A DNA stretch of 64,000 nt from Bacteroidales bacterium (lineage in GTDB: Bacteria; Bacteroidota; Bacteroidia; Bacteroidales; VadinHA17), in NCBI GenBank assembly GCA_034002885.1, contig JAVEZS010000003.1, positions 58,134 through 122,133 on the forward strand. The letters run 5' to 3'. Made by a program: the position numbers and the translations under genes. This document shows, piece by piece, positions 55,621 to 64,000 of this stretch; the first letter of the stretch is position 1; each line of letters starts with the position of its first letter. Below the pieces are notes generated by a model. The model had not been told where the DNA came from, did not search any database, and saw only the letters and a program-made list of their open reading frames with translations.

Positions 55621-58035
55621 ATGACATACGATACAGCAACCATTCCCCTGACGCAGCGGATAGCCCGGATGAGGGAAAAGATCATTTCAGCAAAATCAAC
55701 GGTTTGCACCGAAAGGGCAAAATTTTATACTGAAGCTTACCGCGAAAATGAAGAATTGCCTGTAATCCTGAGACGAGCCCTGGCCCTTGAGAAGACGCTC
55801 AGCAGCATGACGGTTTTCATTGATGAAGGAGAACTCATTGTCGGGAATCAGTCGTCAGCCGTTCGGGCTGCACCTATATTCCCTGAGTATGTGACATCAT
55901 GGATCTTAAAGGAGCTGGATGAATTCGACAAGCGTCCGGGAGATGCATTTTATGTTACCGAAAATCAGAAAAGCGAGTTAAGGGAGCTGTGCAGGTACTG
56001 GGAAGGAAAGACGCTTATCGAAAGAGGACATTCCATTATGTCGCCGCTCAACAGGGATATTCATGATTCGGGGATAATCAGGGCCGAGGGCAATCTGACA
56101 TCCGGAGATGCGCATATTGCCGTTAACCTGGAAAAGATCCTGAGGATAGGCCTGACGGGCTTCCTTAAAGAAACAGACATTGCCAGAAAGGCTATCGATC
56201 AGGGGGATCCCGAACGTGAAAAAAAGCTCAGTTTTTACAAAGCCCTTGAAATATCTCTTTCAGCTTTCATAAATTTCATTCAAAGATTCGAGTCGCTTGC
56301 CGGCGGGCTCGCCGCCGGAGAAACCGATCTGGAAAGAAAAAATGAACTTATCGTCATCGCGAAAAACTGCAGGAACATTGCCGCCGGACCACCAGCGGGA
56401 TTTTATGAAGCGCTCCAGCTTACATGGTTCGTTCAGCTTATACTGCAGATCGAGAGCAACGGACACTCAGTCTCTCTGGGCAGACTGGATCAGTACCTGT
56501 ACCCATTTTACAAAAAGGACCGTGAGGCAGGTCTTATAAGTGATGAATTCGTCCTCGAGCTTCTGGAGAACACCTGGCTTAAACTGCTTTCGGTAAATAA
56601 GATAAGGTCGTGGTCACATACCAGGTACTCGGCCGGGGGTCCTCTATACCAGAATGTCACAATCGGTGGTCAGACCGTTTCGGGGCAGGATGCCGTGAAC
56701 CCTCTGAGTTTTCTTATCCTCGGTTCAGTAGGCCGCATGAAACTCACACAGCCAAACCTCTCTGTAAGGTATCATAAGAACATCGACCACCGCTTCCTTG
56801 AGGAATGCATCAACGTTATTGGAAAGGGCTTCGGCATGCCCGCCTTCAACAATGACGAGATTGTGATACCCTCGCTTATTGAACTTGGGGTAAGCAGGGA
56901 AGATGCATATAATTACTCTGCAATAGGCTGCATTGAGATTGCTGTTCCGGGGAAATGGGGATACAGATGTACGGGAATGAGTTTTCTGAATTTCATGAGG
57001 GTTTTTCTTGCAGCCATGAACGACGGACTTGACACTATGTCGGGCCTTAAGTTCTTTGACGGAACGGGCAGCTTCAGCGAATTCAGCACCTTTGACGACC
57101 TGATGAAGGCCTGGAAGCATCAGGTCAGCTTATATACACGGGCTTCCATAGAGATCGACACCGCTGTCGACCATGCACTTGAGGAGCTGGTACCCGACAT
57201 TCTGTGTTCAGCCTTCGTTGACGACTGCATAGAAAGAGGAAAGACCATCAAGGAGGGGGGCTCGGTTTACGATTTTATCTCGGGCCTTCAGGTAGGAATT
57301 GCCAACCTTGGGAATTCGCTCGCGGCAATAAAAAAGCTCGTTTTCGAGGAAAAACTTATTGACAGGGAGCTTCTGGAAAAGAATCTGAGGAACAACTTTG
57401 AAGGCAAGGAGGGCGAGAGGATAAGACAGATCCTGCTAAACTACGCTCCCAAGTACGGGAATGATGATGATTATGTTGACAAGCTCCTGGTTGAAGCATA
57501 TAACTGTTATATAGAGGAACTTCCGGCCTATAGAACTACGCGTTTCGGAAGAGGTCCCGTCGGTTGTGCTTATTATGCCGGAACTTCAAGCATCTCTTCG
57601 AATGTACCCTCGGGTGCTGTCGTTCCTGCAACACCCGACGGGAGAAAAGCCTTTACTCCGCTTGCCGAAGGATGTTCTCCGACGTCGGGCACCGATATCA
57701 TGGGTCCCACGGCGGTTTTCAAGTCGGTATCAAAACTTCCCACCGGCAAAATAACAGGAGGGGTTCTTCTGAACCAGAAACTTTCTCCCTCGGCACTGTC
57801 GAACGAAACCCAGAGGGAGAAGCTTATCTCCATACTCCAAACTTTCTTCGCAACCCTTAAAGGATGGCATGTGCAGTATAACATTGTCTCGCGCGAGACC
57901 CTTCTGGCAGCAAAAAAGAACCCTGAGAACTACAGGGATCTTGTTGTAAGAGTTGCAGGTTATTCGGCTTTTTTCACAACACTGTCGCCCGACACCCAGG
58001 ACGACATCATTGCACGCACTGAACAGACATTATAG
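55621..58035 (+). CDS. Glycyl radical enzyme, PFL2/dehydratase (1,2-eliminase) class, YbiW/PflD-like
   Basis: 804 aa. The glycyl radical motif RVAGYS puts Gly780 at codon 57958-60. The thiyl loop AIGCIE gives Cys437 and Glu439 (56929-56937), which is not the PFL Cys-Cys pair. Blocks LQIESNGHSVS, GFGMPAFNNDE, SGLQVGIANLGNSLAA and YRDLVVRVAGYSAFF are as I recall them for E. coli YbiW/PflD. Confidence 0.85.
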   Translation: MTYDTATIPLTQRIARMREKIISAKSTVCTERAKFYTEAYRENEELPVILRRALALEKTLSSMTVFIDEGELIVGNQSSAVRAAPIFPEYVTSWILKELDEFDKRPGDAFYVTENQKSELRELCRYWEGKTLIERGHSIMSPLNRDIHDSGIIRAEGNLTSGDAHIAVNLEKILRIGLTGFLKETDIARKAIDQGDPEREKKLSFYKALEISLSAFINFIQRFESLAGGLAAGETDLERKNELIVIAKNCRNIAAGPPAGFYEALQLTWFVQLILQIESNGHSVSLGRLDQYLYPFYKKDREAGLISDEFVLELLENTWLKLLSVNKIRSWSHTRYSAGGPLYQNVTIGGQTVSGQDAVNPLSFLILGSVGRMKLTQPNLSVRYHKNIDHRFLEECINVIGKGFGMPAFNNDEIVIPSLIELGVSREDAYNYSAIGCIEIAVPGKWGYRCTGMSFLNFMRVFLAAMNDGLDTMSGLKFFDGTGSFSEFSTFDDLMKAWKHQVSLYTRASIEIDTAVDHALEELVPDILCSAFVDDCIERGKTIKEGGSVYDFISGLQVGIANLGNSLAAIKKLVFEEKLIDRELLEKNLRNNFEGKEGERIRQILLNYAPKYGNDDDYVDKLLVEAYNCYIEELPAYRTTRFGRGPVGCAYYAGTSSISSNVPSGAVVPATPDGRKAFTPLAEGCSPTSGTDIMGPTAVFKSVSKLPTGKITGGVLLNQKLSPSALSNETQREKLISILQTFFATLKGWHVQYNIVSRETLLAAKKNPENYRDLVVRVAGYSAFFTTLSPDTQDDIIARTEQTL

Positions 58036-58043
58036 AAAAGACT

Positions 58044-59006
58044 ATGGATAAAATCCTTTGCGGTGTCGATCTCGGAGGCACCAAGTTATCGGCCGGTCTG
58101 GTTTACCCCGATGGGAGAATCCTTGACAAGACTGTTGTATATGATCATTCCGGAAGAAGCGAGACAGAGATTGTTAATTATATAACAGAGCTCATAAAGC
58201 AGATCCTCCGGAAGAATGGTCTCGCCGAGAATGACCTTGAAGGGATAGGAATAGGCTTTCCCGGGCATGTACGGTATCGCGACGGTTATACAATTACGAC
58301 GTCGAACCTCAGGGGCTTCAAGAATTTCCCTCTCCGCGATTCCGTTGCCGCCGGGTTTGGGGTTCCGGTAAGGCTCGACAACGATGCCAATGCCCAGGCT
58401 TACTGTGAGTACAGGTTCGGGGCGGGCCGGGGTTACGATGATCTCATCTTCCTTACAATCAGTACGGGTATTGGTGCCGGCATAATACTTAACGGCCGTG
58501 TATACCGTGGACATACGGGAACTGCCGGTGAATTCGGGCACACAATTGTGGATCTCAACAGCGAGTTTACATGTACGTGCGGCAACAGGGGCTGCCTGAT
58601 GGGTATTGCCTGCGGCTTATCCCTGCCCCACCGCTTCAGGAAAAAAATAGAGGAAGGGGTTGGGACCAAGTTGCCCCTGGAGGCTGGTTTTGACTATTCA
58701 AAGGTGAATGGAAAGCTTATCCGGGAGGGGCTGAAGATTGATGATCCGGTGTCGAAGTCGATTGTACGTGAGTGTGCCGACTATATCGGCATAGGCATTT
58801 ACAATATCTTTCAGGTATTCAATCCTCCGGTGATTATACTCGGAGGCGGGCTTATGAATCTTGGTGACTACTATTTTGACAGGATCAGGAGTAAGTTCTA
58901 TGAGCTTGCGAGGGATATGATCTTTGATCCTATTGCGATAGTGAAGTCGGAAGCGGAGGCTGATGCTGGTCTTATAGGTGCCGCGGCCCTTCTTCTTGAA
59001 GAATGA
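58044..59006 (+). CDS. ROK family sugar kinase (no DNA-binding domain)
   Basis: 320 aa. It starts directly with the ATP motif GVDLGGTKL. The ROK zinc motif is GEFGH...CTCGNRGCLMG. There is no N-terminal HTH. Confidence 0.8.
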   Translation: MDKILCGVDLGGTKLSAGLVYPDGRILDKTVVYDHSGRSETEIVNYITELIKQILRKNGLAENDLEGIGIGFPGHVRYRDGYTITTSNLRGFKNFPLRDSVAAGFGVPVRLDNDANAQAYCEYRFGAGRGYDDLIFLTISTGIGAGIILNGRVYRGHTGTAGEFGHTIVDLNSEFTCTCGNRGCLMGIACGLSLPHRFRKKIEEGVGTKLPLEAGFDYSKVNGKLIREGLKIDDPVSKSIVRECADYIGIGIYNIFQVFNPPVIILGGGLMNLGDYYFDRIRSKFYELARDMIFDPIAIVKSEAEADAGLIGAAALLLEE

Positions 59007-59017
59007 TCACTTATGGC

Positions 59018-60556
59018 CTATCCGGCCCATCCTTCCCTGTCGAGGTTCCTGTAGTTTATTGCTTCGGAGATGTGTTCAGCCATTATATTATCAGACTCAT
59101 CGAGATCTGCGATCGTTCTCGCCACCTTCAGGATCCTGTCGTAAGCCCTTGCAGACAGTCCCCGGAGTTCCATTGCCGTCCTAAGAAGTTTTCCTCCGGT
59201 TTCGTCGAGCTGGCAGTACCTTCTCTGCATCGAGGCTGTCATCTGCGAATTTGAGTAGACGCCTTTTACATGAGCGAATCTATTTGCCTGGATATTCCTC
59301 GCCTTTATTATCCTTTCCCTGACGTTCTCTGATCTGTCGGCTTTTGCCTGATCTGCAAGCTTCTCATATTTTACGGGGACAACCTCTATATGGATATCGA
59401 TTCTGTCGAGCAGGGGGCCTGAGATACGGTTAAGATATTTCTGAACCATTCCGGGGGAGCACACGCAATCCTTGTCGGGGTGGTTATGAAATCCGCAGGG
59501 GCATGGGTTCATGGATGCTATCAGCATGAAACTTGCCGGGTAGTCGCATGTCGATTTTGCCCTGGATATCGTTATGATCCTGTCTTCGAGGGGTTGGCGC
59601 ATCACCTCGAGTACGCTTCTTTTGAATTCGGGCAGTTCGTCGAGGAAAAGGACTCCGTTATGGGCAAGTGATATCTCGCCCGGCTGAGGGAAAGTTCCTC
59701 CGCCAACAAGGGCGACATCAGAAATGGTATGATGGGGTGAGCGGAATGGTCTGCGGGTCATAAGTGCGGTATGATCATCTATCTTGCCGGCTACAGAATG
59801 TATCTTTGTCGTCTCGAGTGCCTCTTCGAGGGTAAGAGGCGGCATTATTGTCGCGAGGCGTTTCGCGAGCATTGTCTTACCCGAACCGGGCGGGCCTATC
59901 ATCAGCAGATTATGGTGTCCGGCCGCCGCCACTTCGAGAGCCCGTTTGACATTTTCCTGACCTTTGACGTCGGAGAAATCGACATCGTATCTGTTTGCCT
60001 CTCCGTTAAAAATTTCGTTGAGATCGATCCTTACCGGTTCAAATTTCCTTGTGCGGTTGAACAAATCGATTACGTCGGCCAGTTTTTCAAGGCCGAAGAC
60101 CTCAAGACCGTTAACCACTGCAGCTTCCCTCGCGTTCTTTGAAGGAAGTATTACGCCCTTGAATCCTTCCTCCCTGGCCCTGAGGGCTATAGGGAGCACT
60201 CCCCTCACCGGCTGAAGGGTGCCGTCGAGAGACAATTCTCCCATTAAGACAAACGATTCGAGGTCCTTTCCCGATATTTTCCCGTCGGCTGCGAGGATTC
60301 CTGCAGCAAGGGGAAGGTCGTATGCTGAGCCCTCCTTGCGGATGTCGGCCGGGGCCATGTTAACGACAACCTGGCGGCCGGGCCAGTGGTACCCGAGGGT
60401 TCGTATTGCAGATTCTATCCTTTGCTGGCTCTCCTTTACAGCGACATCAGGAAGACCCACAAGAAAAAAACGTATCCCCTGCGAAACGTTTACTTCAATA
60501 GTGACAGTGACGGCATCAATACCGGCAACAGCACTGGCAAATGTCCTTACCAACAT
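59018..60556 (-). CDS. comM: YifB/ComM family Mg-chelatase-like AAA+ ATPase
   Basis: 512 aa. Lon-protease-like N-domain, Walker A GPPGSGKTMLA, and DELPEF Walker B. Confidence 0.9.
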   Translation of the reverse strand: MLVRTFASAVAGIDAVTVTIEVNVSQGIRFFLVGLPDVAVKESQQRIESAIRTLGYHWPGRQVVVNMAPADIRKEGSAYDLPLAAGILAADGKISGKDLESFVLMGELSLDGTLQPVRGVLPIALRAREEGFKGVILPSKNAREAAVVNGLEVFGLEKLADVIDLFNRTRKFEPVRIDLNEIFNGEANRYDVDFSDVKGQENVKRALEVAAAGHHNLLMIGPPGSGKTMLAKRLATIMPPLTLEEALETTKIHSVAGKIDDHTALMTRRPFRSPHHTISDVALVGGGTFPQPGEISLAHNGVLFLDELPEFKRSVLEVMRQPLEDRIITISRAKSTCDYPASFMLIASMNPCPCGFHNHPDKDCVCSPGMVQKYLNRISGPLLDRIDIHIEVVPVKYEKLADQAKADRSENVRERIIKARNIQANRFAHVKGVYSNSQMTASMQRRYCQLDETGGKLLRTAMELRGLSARAYDRILKVARTIADLDESDNIMAEHISEAINYRNLDREGWAG

Positions 60557-60749
60557 ATTCTTAATATTTGCACGTACAGCGAAACAGTACCAAATATAAT
60601 AAAAAGGAAGACAAGGACAACAGGACGCAGGTAAAAGATTAAGAAGAAGCCATGATTATTACTTATGCCTTTAAACCGGCAGGAAGAATGAAATGGGTTC
60701 AATGATGAACAGAGAACAGGCATGGCCATTCCTATCGAGGATGGTTATT

Positions 60750-62231
60750 TCAGCCTGTTTCGGAGGCCTCCCGGGGACCAAGAACCTCATGGGCCATGCG
60801 CAGGCTCTCGGCATTTTCGGCGACAATCACAAGGACATCGCCGGGTTCTATAACTGTTGATCCGTTGGGAGTAACGAAGCTGCCCTTCCGCTTGATAAGT
60901 GCGATAAGTGCTGCACGGGGAAATCCCAGGTCGAGGATACGTTTCCCGGTCGCCCTGCTCGTATCGTCAATGACAATTTCTGTCAGTTCGGTCTTGATCG
61001 TATCCGAAAGTTCTATGTCGGGAGGGGTCCTTTGCTTTGCCTTCTCCGGAACAGAAACATGAAGGAGCTTTGCCACCCATCCCAGGAATGTTCCCTGCAA
61101 AAGCACAGAGGTAAGAGAGATAAAAAAGACAATGTTGAATATCATCTGCGACTTTTCGAGTCCGGCAAGCAGTGGGAAAGTGGCAAAAACTATCGGTACC
61201 GCCCCTCTCAGACCGACCCAGGAGACGAAAGTAATTGTACGGAGTTTAAGCCTGTAGGGTATAAGGCACAGAAAGACGCTCAGGGGCCTTGCAATAAACA
61301 TTAGAAAAGCCGATACAAGAAGACCTATGCCCAGAACAGGGACGATATGACTCGGAAAAACGAGCATACCAAGCGTGAGGAAGAGAACGATCTGCATCAG
61401 CCATGCAAAACCATCAAAGACTTGCAGAATCGTTTTTTTATGAATAAGATACTGATTACCAAGATAAACAGCCTGGAGGTATATTGCAAGGAAGCCATTG
61501 CCTCCGAGAAAGTCGGTAAGAGAATAGGTAAAGAACATCAGTGCCATTACCAGGACCGGGTACAGTCCGGCATAGTCCAGTTCAATACGGTTTATGATTT
61601 CCTTGCCTATCTTCCCGAAAAGGAATCCTGTTGCGACACCAATAACAACCTGGCGTATGAATAAGGGGACAATATCAATAATTGAGCTGTGCTCCGAGAG
61701 AATTATACCCATAACTGCCACAGTAAGGAAATAGGCCATAGGGTCGTTGCTGCCGCTCTCAAGCTCGAGGAGCGATCGTATGTTCTTCTTTAACCCGAGC
61801 TGCCGCGATCTCAGTATGGAAAATACTGCGGCAGCGTCTGTCGAAGAGACTATTGCACCCAGAAGAAATCCCTCATAAATACTGAAATCGGTTATCGCCC
61901 AGACAAACACTCCGACAGCCGCCGCGGTGATCAACACTCCTGCTGTTGAGAGTGTAAGGCCGTGCCAGAAAACAGGTTTGATAACTTCCCAGCGTGTCTC
62001 AAGACCGCCGGAGAAAAGGATGAAGTTGAGTGCCACAATTCCCACGAACCTTGCAATGTCAGGATCATTGAAATTAATTTTTCCTATCCCCTCCGAACCA
62101 GCAAGCATACCAACAAAAACGAACAGGATGAGTGTCGGCACTCCAAGCCGGAATGATGTTTTTCCTGCAAGAACGCTTATTCCCAGCAAAAGTGACCCTA
62201 TCAGCAGTATGTTTTCGAGGGTAATATTCAT
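60750..62231 (-). CDS. K+/H+ antiporter (CPA1, NhaP2-like) with C-terminal TrkA-C domain
   Basis: 493 aa with about 12 TM helices. The C-terminal soluble domain contains RILDLGFPRAALIALIKRKG...GDVLVIVA. Confidence 0.8.
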   Translation of the reverse strand: MNITLENILLIGSLLLGISVLAGKTSFRLGVPTLILFVFVGMLAGSEGIGKINFNDPDIARFVGIVALNFILFSGGLETRWEVIKPVFWHGLTLSTAGVLITAAAVGVFVWAITDFSIYEGFLLGAIVSSTDAAAVFSILRSRQLGLKKNIRSLLELESGSNDPMAYFLTVAVMGIILSEHSSIIDIVPLFIRQVVIGVATGFLFGKIGKEIINRIELDYAGLYPVLVMALMFFTYSLTDFLGGNGFLAIYLQAVYLGNQYLIHKKTILQVFDGFAWLMQIVLFLTLGMLVFPSHIVPVLGIGLLVSAFLMFIARPLSVFLCLIPYRLKLRTITFVSWVGLRGAVPIVFATFPLLAGLEKSQMIFNIVFFISLTSVLLQGTFLGWVAKLLHVSVPEKAKQRTPPDIELSDTIKTELTEIVIDDTSRATGKRILDLGFPRAALIALIKRKGSFVTPNGSTVIEPGDVLVIVAENAESLRMAHEVLGPREASETG

Positions 62232-62349
62232 CCTTCAAGCATAATTCTCCTCCCTGCGTTCCTGATCCAACAGAATATGATGCTGACAAAAAAACCGCAT
62301 TTGTCCTTTTCGACTACAAAATAATTATTTTTTTGCATAAATGGTTCCG

Positions 62350-62369
62350 ATTGTAACATTTGTTACAAT
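62350..62369. promoter_or_regulatory. Perfect 8-4-8 palindrome ATTGTAAC-ATTT-GTTACAAT upstream of hcp (candidate CRP/FNR-family, HcpR-type operator)
   Basis: The inverted repeat has a 4-bp spacer, centred about 117 nt upstream of the hcp ATG. Confidence 0.5.
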
Positions 62370-62476
62370 CACTTGGTGGGAAAATTGGTTTTTTTGCAGT
62401 AATTTACTCCGCGTAGGACGGGGAACGATTGTTTGGGACAACGAAGTAATATTTATTAACCAAAATAATTCAAATC

Positions 62477-64000
62477 ATGAGTATGTTTTGCTACCAGTGT
62501 CAGGAGACTGCAAAAGGAACAGGCTGCACTATTGCCGGTGTTTGCGGCAAGAAGGAAGATGTTGCCAATATGCAGGATCTTCTGGTTTTTGTAACAAAGG
62601 GAATTTCCTTTTATGCTATTAAGCTGAGGGAACTCGGCATTGAAAGTGACGAATCCGGAAAGTTCATTGTTGACAGTCTGTTCATGACCATCACAAATGC
62701 AAACTTCGATTATGAGAGGTTCGTTACAAGGGTAAGGGAAGGACTTAAGCTCAGGGATGAGCTTAAGGAGCTTTATCTGAAAGCAGGCGGCAAAGTGCCC
62801 GCCAGCGTTCATGAATCGGCAACCTGGACGGGTCACAATGCTGAGGAGTTCGAATCCAAAAACAAGTCGATCGGTGTTCTTTCGACCGGAAATGAGGATG
62901 TAAGATCGCTCAGGGAAATGGTCATCTACGGCCTGAAGGGTATGGCAGCATACACCGAGCATGCCTTTAACCTGGGTTTTGAAGACAAGTCGATCTACAA
63001 ATTCATTGAGGAAGCTCTTGTTGCAACCACCAACGACAGCTTAAGCGCTGACGAGCTTGTCGCCCTGGTTATGGAGACAGGAAAATTCGGAGTAAGTGCA
63101 ATGGCTCTTCTCGACAAGGCCAATACCACCACTTACGGCAATCCTGAGATAACCAAGGTGAATATCGGCGTAAGGAACAATCCGGGCATCCTTATTAGCG
63201 GACACGACCTCAGGGATATGGAAGATCTTCTGGTTCAGACCGAAGGAACGGGAGTCGATGTCTACACCCACAGTGAGATGCTCCCTGCCAACTATTATCC
63301 TGCATTCAAGAAATACAAGCATTTCGTGGGTAACTACGGAAGCTCATGGTGGCAGCAGAAGGAGGAGTTCGAGACCTTCAACGGGCCTATCCTTTTCACC
63401 ACAAACTGCATTGTTCCCCCGAAAGCAGGTGCTTCATATACCGACAAGGTCTATACCACCGGAGCAGCCGGATTCACGGGATTCAGGCACATAGGAGAAA
63501 GGCCTGCAGGAGGCAGGAAGGATTTTTCGGAGATAATTGAGCATGCAAAGCTTTGCCAGCCCCCCGTTGAAATTGAAAAAGGCGAGATCGTTGGAGGCTT
63601 TGCACACAATCAGGTCATTGCCCTTGCCGATAAGGTTGTTGATGCAGTGAAAACAGGAGCAATTAAAAAGTTCTTCGTGATGGCCGGATGCGACGGAAGA
63701 TTCAAGCAGCGCAGCTATTACACCGAATTCGCCGAGGCTCTTCCCAAGGACACGGTTATTCTTACGGCAGGCTGTGCAAAATACCGTTACAACAAGCTTC
63801 CGCTTGGAGACATAGGAGGCATACCCAGAGTCCTGGATGCAGGACAGTGCAACGACTCATACTCGCTGGCAGTGATCGCCCTTAAACTCAAGGAAGTGTT
63901 CAATCTGAAAGACATCAACGAACTGCCTATCGCATTCAACATTGCGTGGTATGAACAGAAGGCAGTGATCGTTCTGCTTGCGCTCCTTTATCTTGGAGTG
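62477..64000 (+). CDS. hcp: Hydroxylamine reductase / hybrid-cluster protein (3' end cut by window edge)
   Basis: This ORF is not in the supplied track because no stop codon occurs before the window end. My manual translation from ATG 62477 gives 508 in-frame codons. It starts [25 protein letters not shown] (N-terminal Cys cluster). It continues through [52 protein letters not shown] and [11 protein letters not shown]. Confidence 0.9.
   Translation, partial: MSMFCYQCQETAKGTGCTIAGVCGKKEDVANMQDLLVFVTKGISFYAIKLRELGIESDESGKFIVDSLFMTITNANFDYERFVTRVREGLKLRDELKELYLKAGGKVPASVHESATWTGHNAEEFESKNKSIGVLSTGNEDVRSLREMVIYGLKGMAAYTEHAFNLGFEDKSIYKFIEEALVATTNDSLSADELVALVMETGKFGVSAMALLDKANTTTYGNPEITKVNIGVRNNPGILISGHDLRDMEDLLVQTEGTGVDVYTHSEMLPANYYPAFKKYKHFVGNYGSSWWQQKEEFETFNGPILFTTNCIVPPKAGASYTDKVYTTGAAGFTGFRHIGERPAGGRKDFSEIIEHAKLCQPPVEIEKGEIVGGFAHNQVIALADKVVDAVKTGAIKKFFVMAGCDGRFKQRSYYTEFAEALPKDTVILTAGCAKYRYNKLPLGDIGGIPRVLDAGQCNDSYSLAVIALKLKEVFNLKDINELPIAFNIAWYEQKAVIVLLALLYLGV

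Noticed and set aside
58086-58541. 151-aa minus-strand ORF
   Set aside because: It is antisense to the ROK kinase gene and has no motifs.
16561-60556. recQ, ruvC, comF and comM as a possible DNA-uptake or defence system
   Set aside because: The genes are dispersed over 44 kb and interleaved with unrelated housekeeping genes. Each is a common single-copy core gene.
62456-62962. 168-aa minus-strand ORF, the longest track ORF in this region
   Set aside because: It is antisense to the hcp reading frame, which has an unmistakable protein signature. The track simply lacks the open-ended hcp ORF.
1-64000. CRISPR arrays, transposases, integrases, prophage or toxin-antitoxin modules
   Set aside because: I saw no regularly spaced direct repeats and no proteins with the corresponding motifs on either strand. 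The only repeats are the short ones listed as features.

Overview
This 64-kb window looks like a chromosomal, mostly housekeeping segment of a Bacteroidota-type anaerobe. The phylum call is an inference from four things: TTTG-N19-TAnnTTTG promoter boxes, eukaryote-like GT3/GH13/GH133 glycogen genes, many lipobox proteins, and glycyl-radical and hybrid-cluster enzymes. I support about 50 protein genes and one tRNA-Leu(UAG). I found no rRNA, CRISPR array, transposase, integrase or phage genes. Gene blocks, left to right: MacB-like permease, rsmA, a TerB-ABCG fusion and a lipoprotein. Then an arginine/carbamoyl-phosphate block (patB-like, carA, argH-argG-argR, carB, GNAT, GT2). Then recQ, tatC, lptB, tRNA-Leu and tig-clpP-clpX. 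Then folA-thyA, GH97, rplU-rpmA, serS, ruvC, comF, a HIT gene, greA, ahcY and ribF. Then an 11-kb glycogen island, two TlpA-like lipoproteins and lpxH. Then a duplicated GHKL-like protein, a glycyl-radical-enzyme operon, comM and a K+/H+ antiporter. The window ends in an hcp gene that is absent from the ORF track because it runs off the window edge. The most interesting items are these. (1) An activase - YbiW/PflD-like glycyl radical eliminase - ROK kinase operon, possibly a kinase-dependent, PTS-independent sugar-phosphate radical pathway. Its activase has lost most auxiliary-cluster cysteines. (2) A 1408-aa single ORF fusing a GT3 glycogen synthase to a GT35 alpha-glucan phosphorylase, inside an operon with GH57, GT4 and GH133 genes. 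(3) A 371-aa protein made of two tandem SiaB/RsbW-like ATPase domains, the second degenerate. (4) A TerB-domain ABCG-type transporter coupled to rsmA. (5) Candidate operators: ARG-box-like repeats between argR and carB, a perfect 8-4-8 palindrome upstream of hcp, and a 12-bp palindrome upstream of the radical-enzyme operon. All family assignments come from motif recognition by eye. No database search was run.
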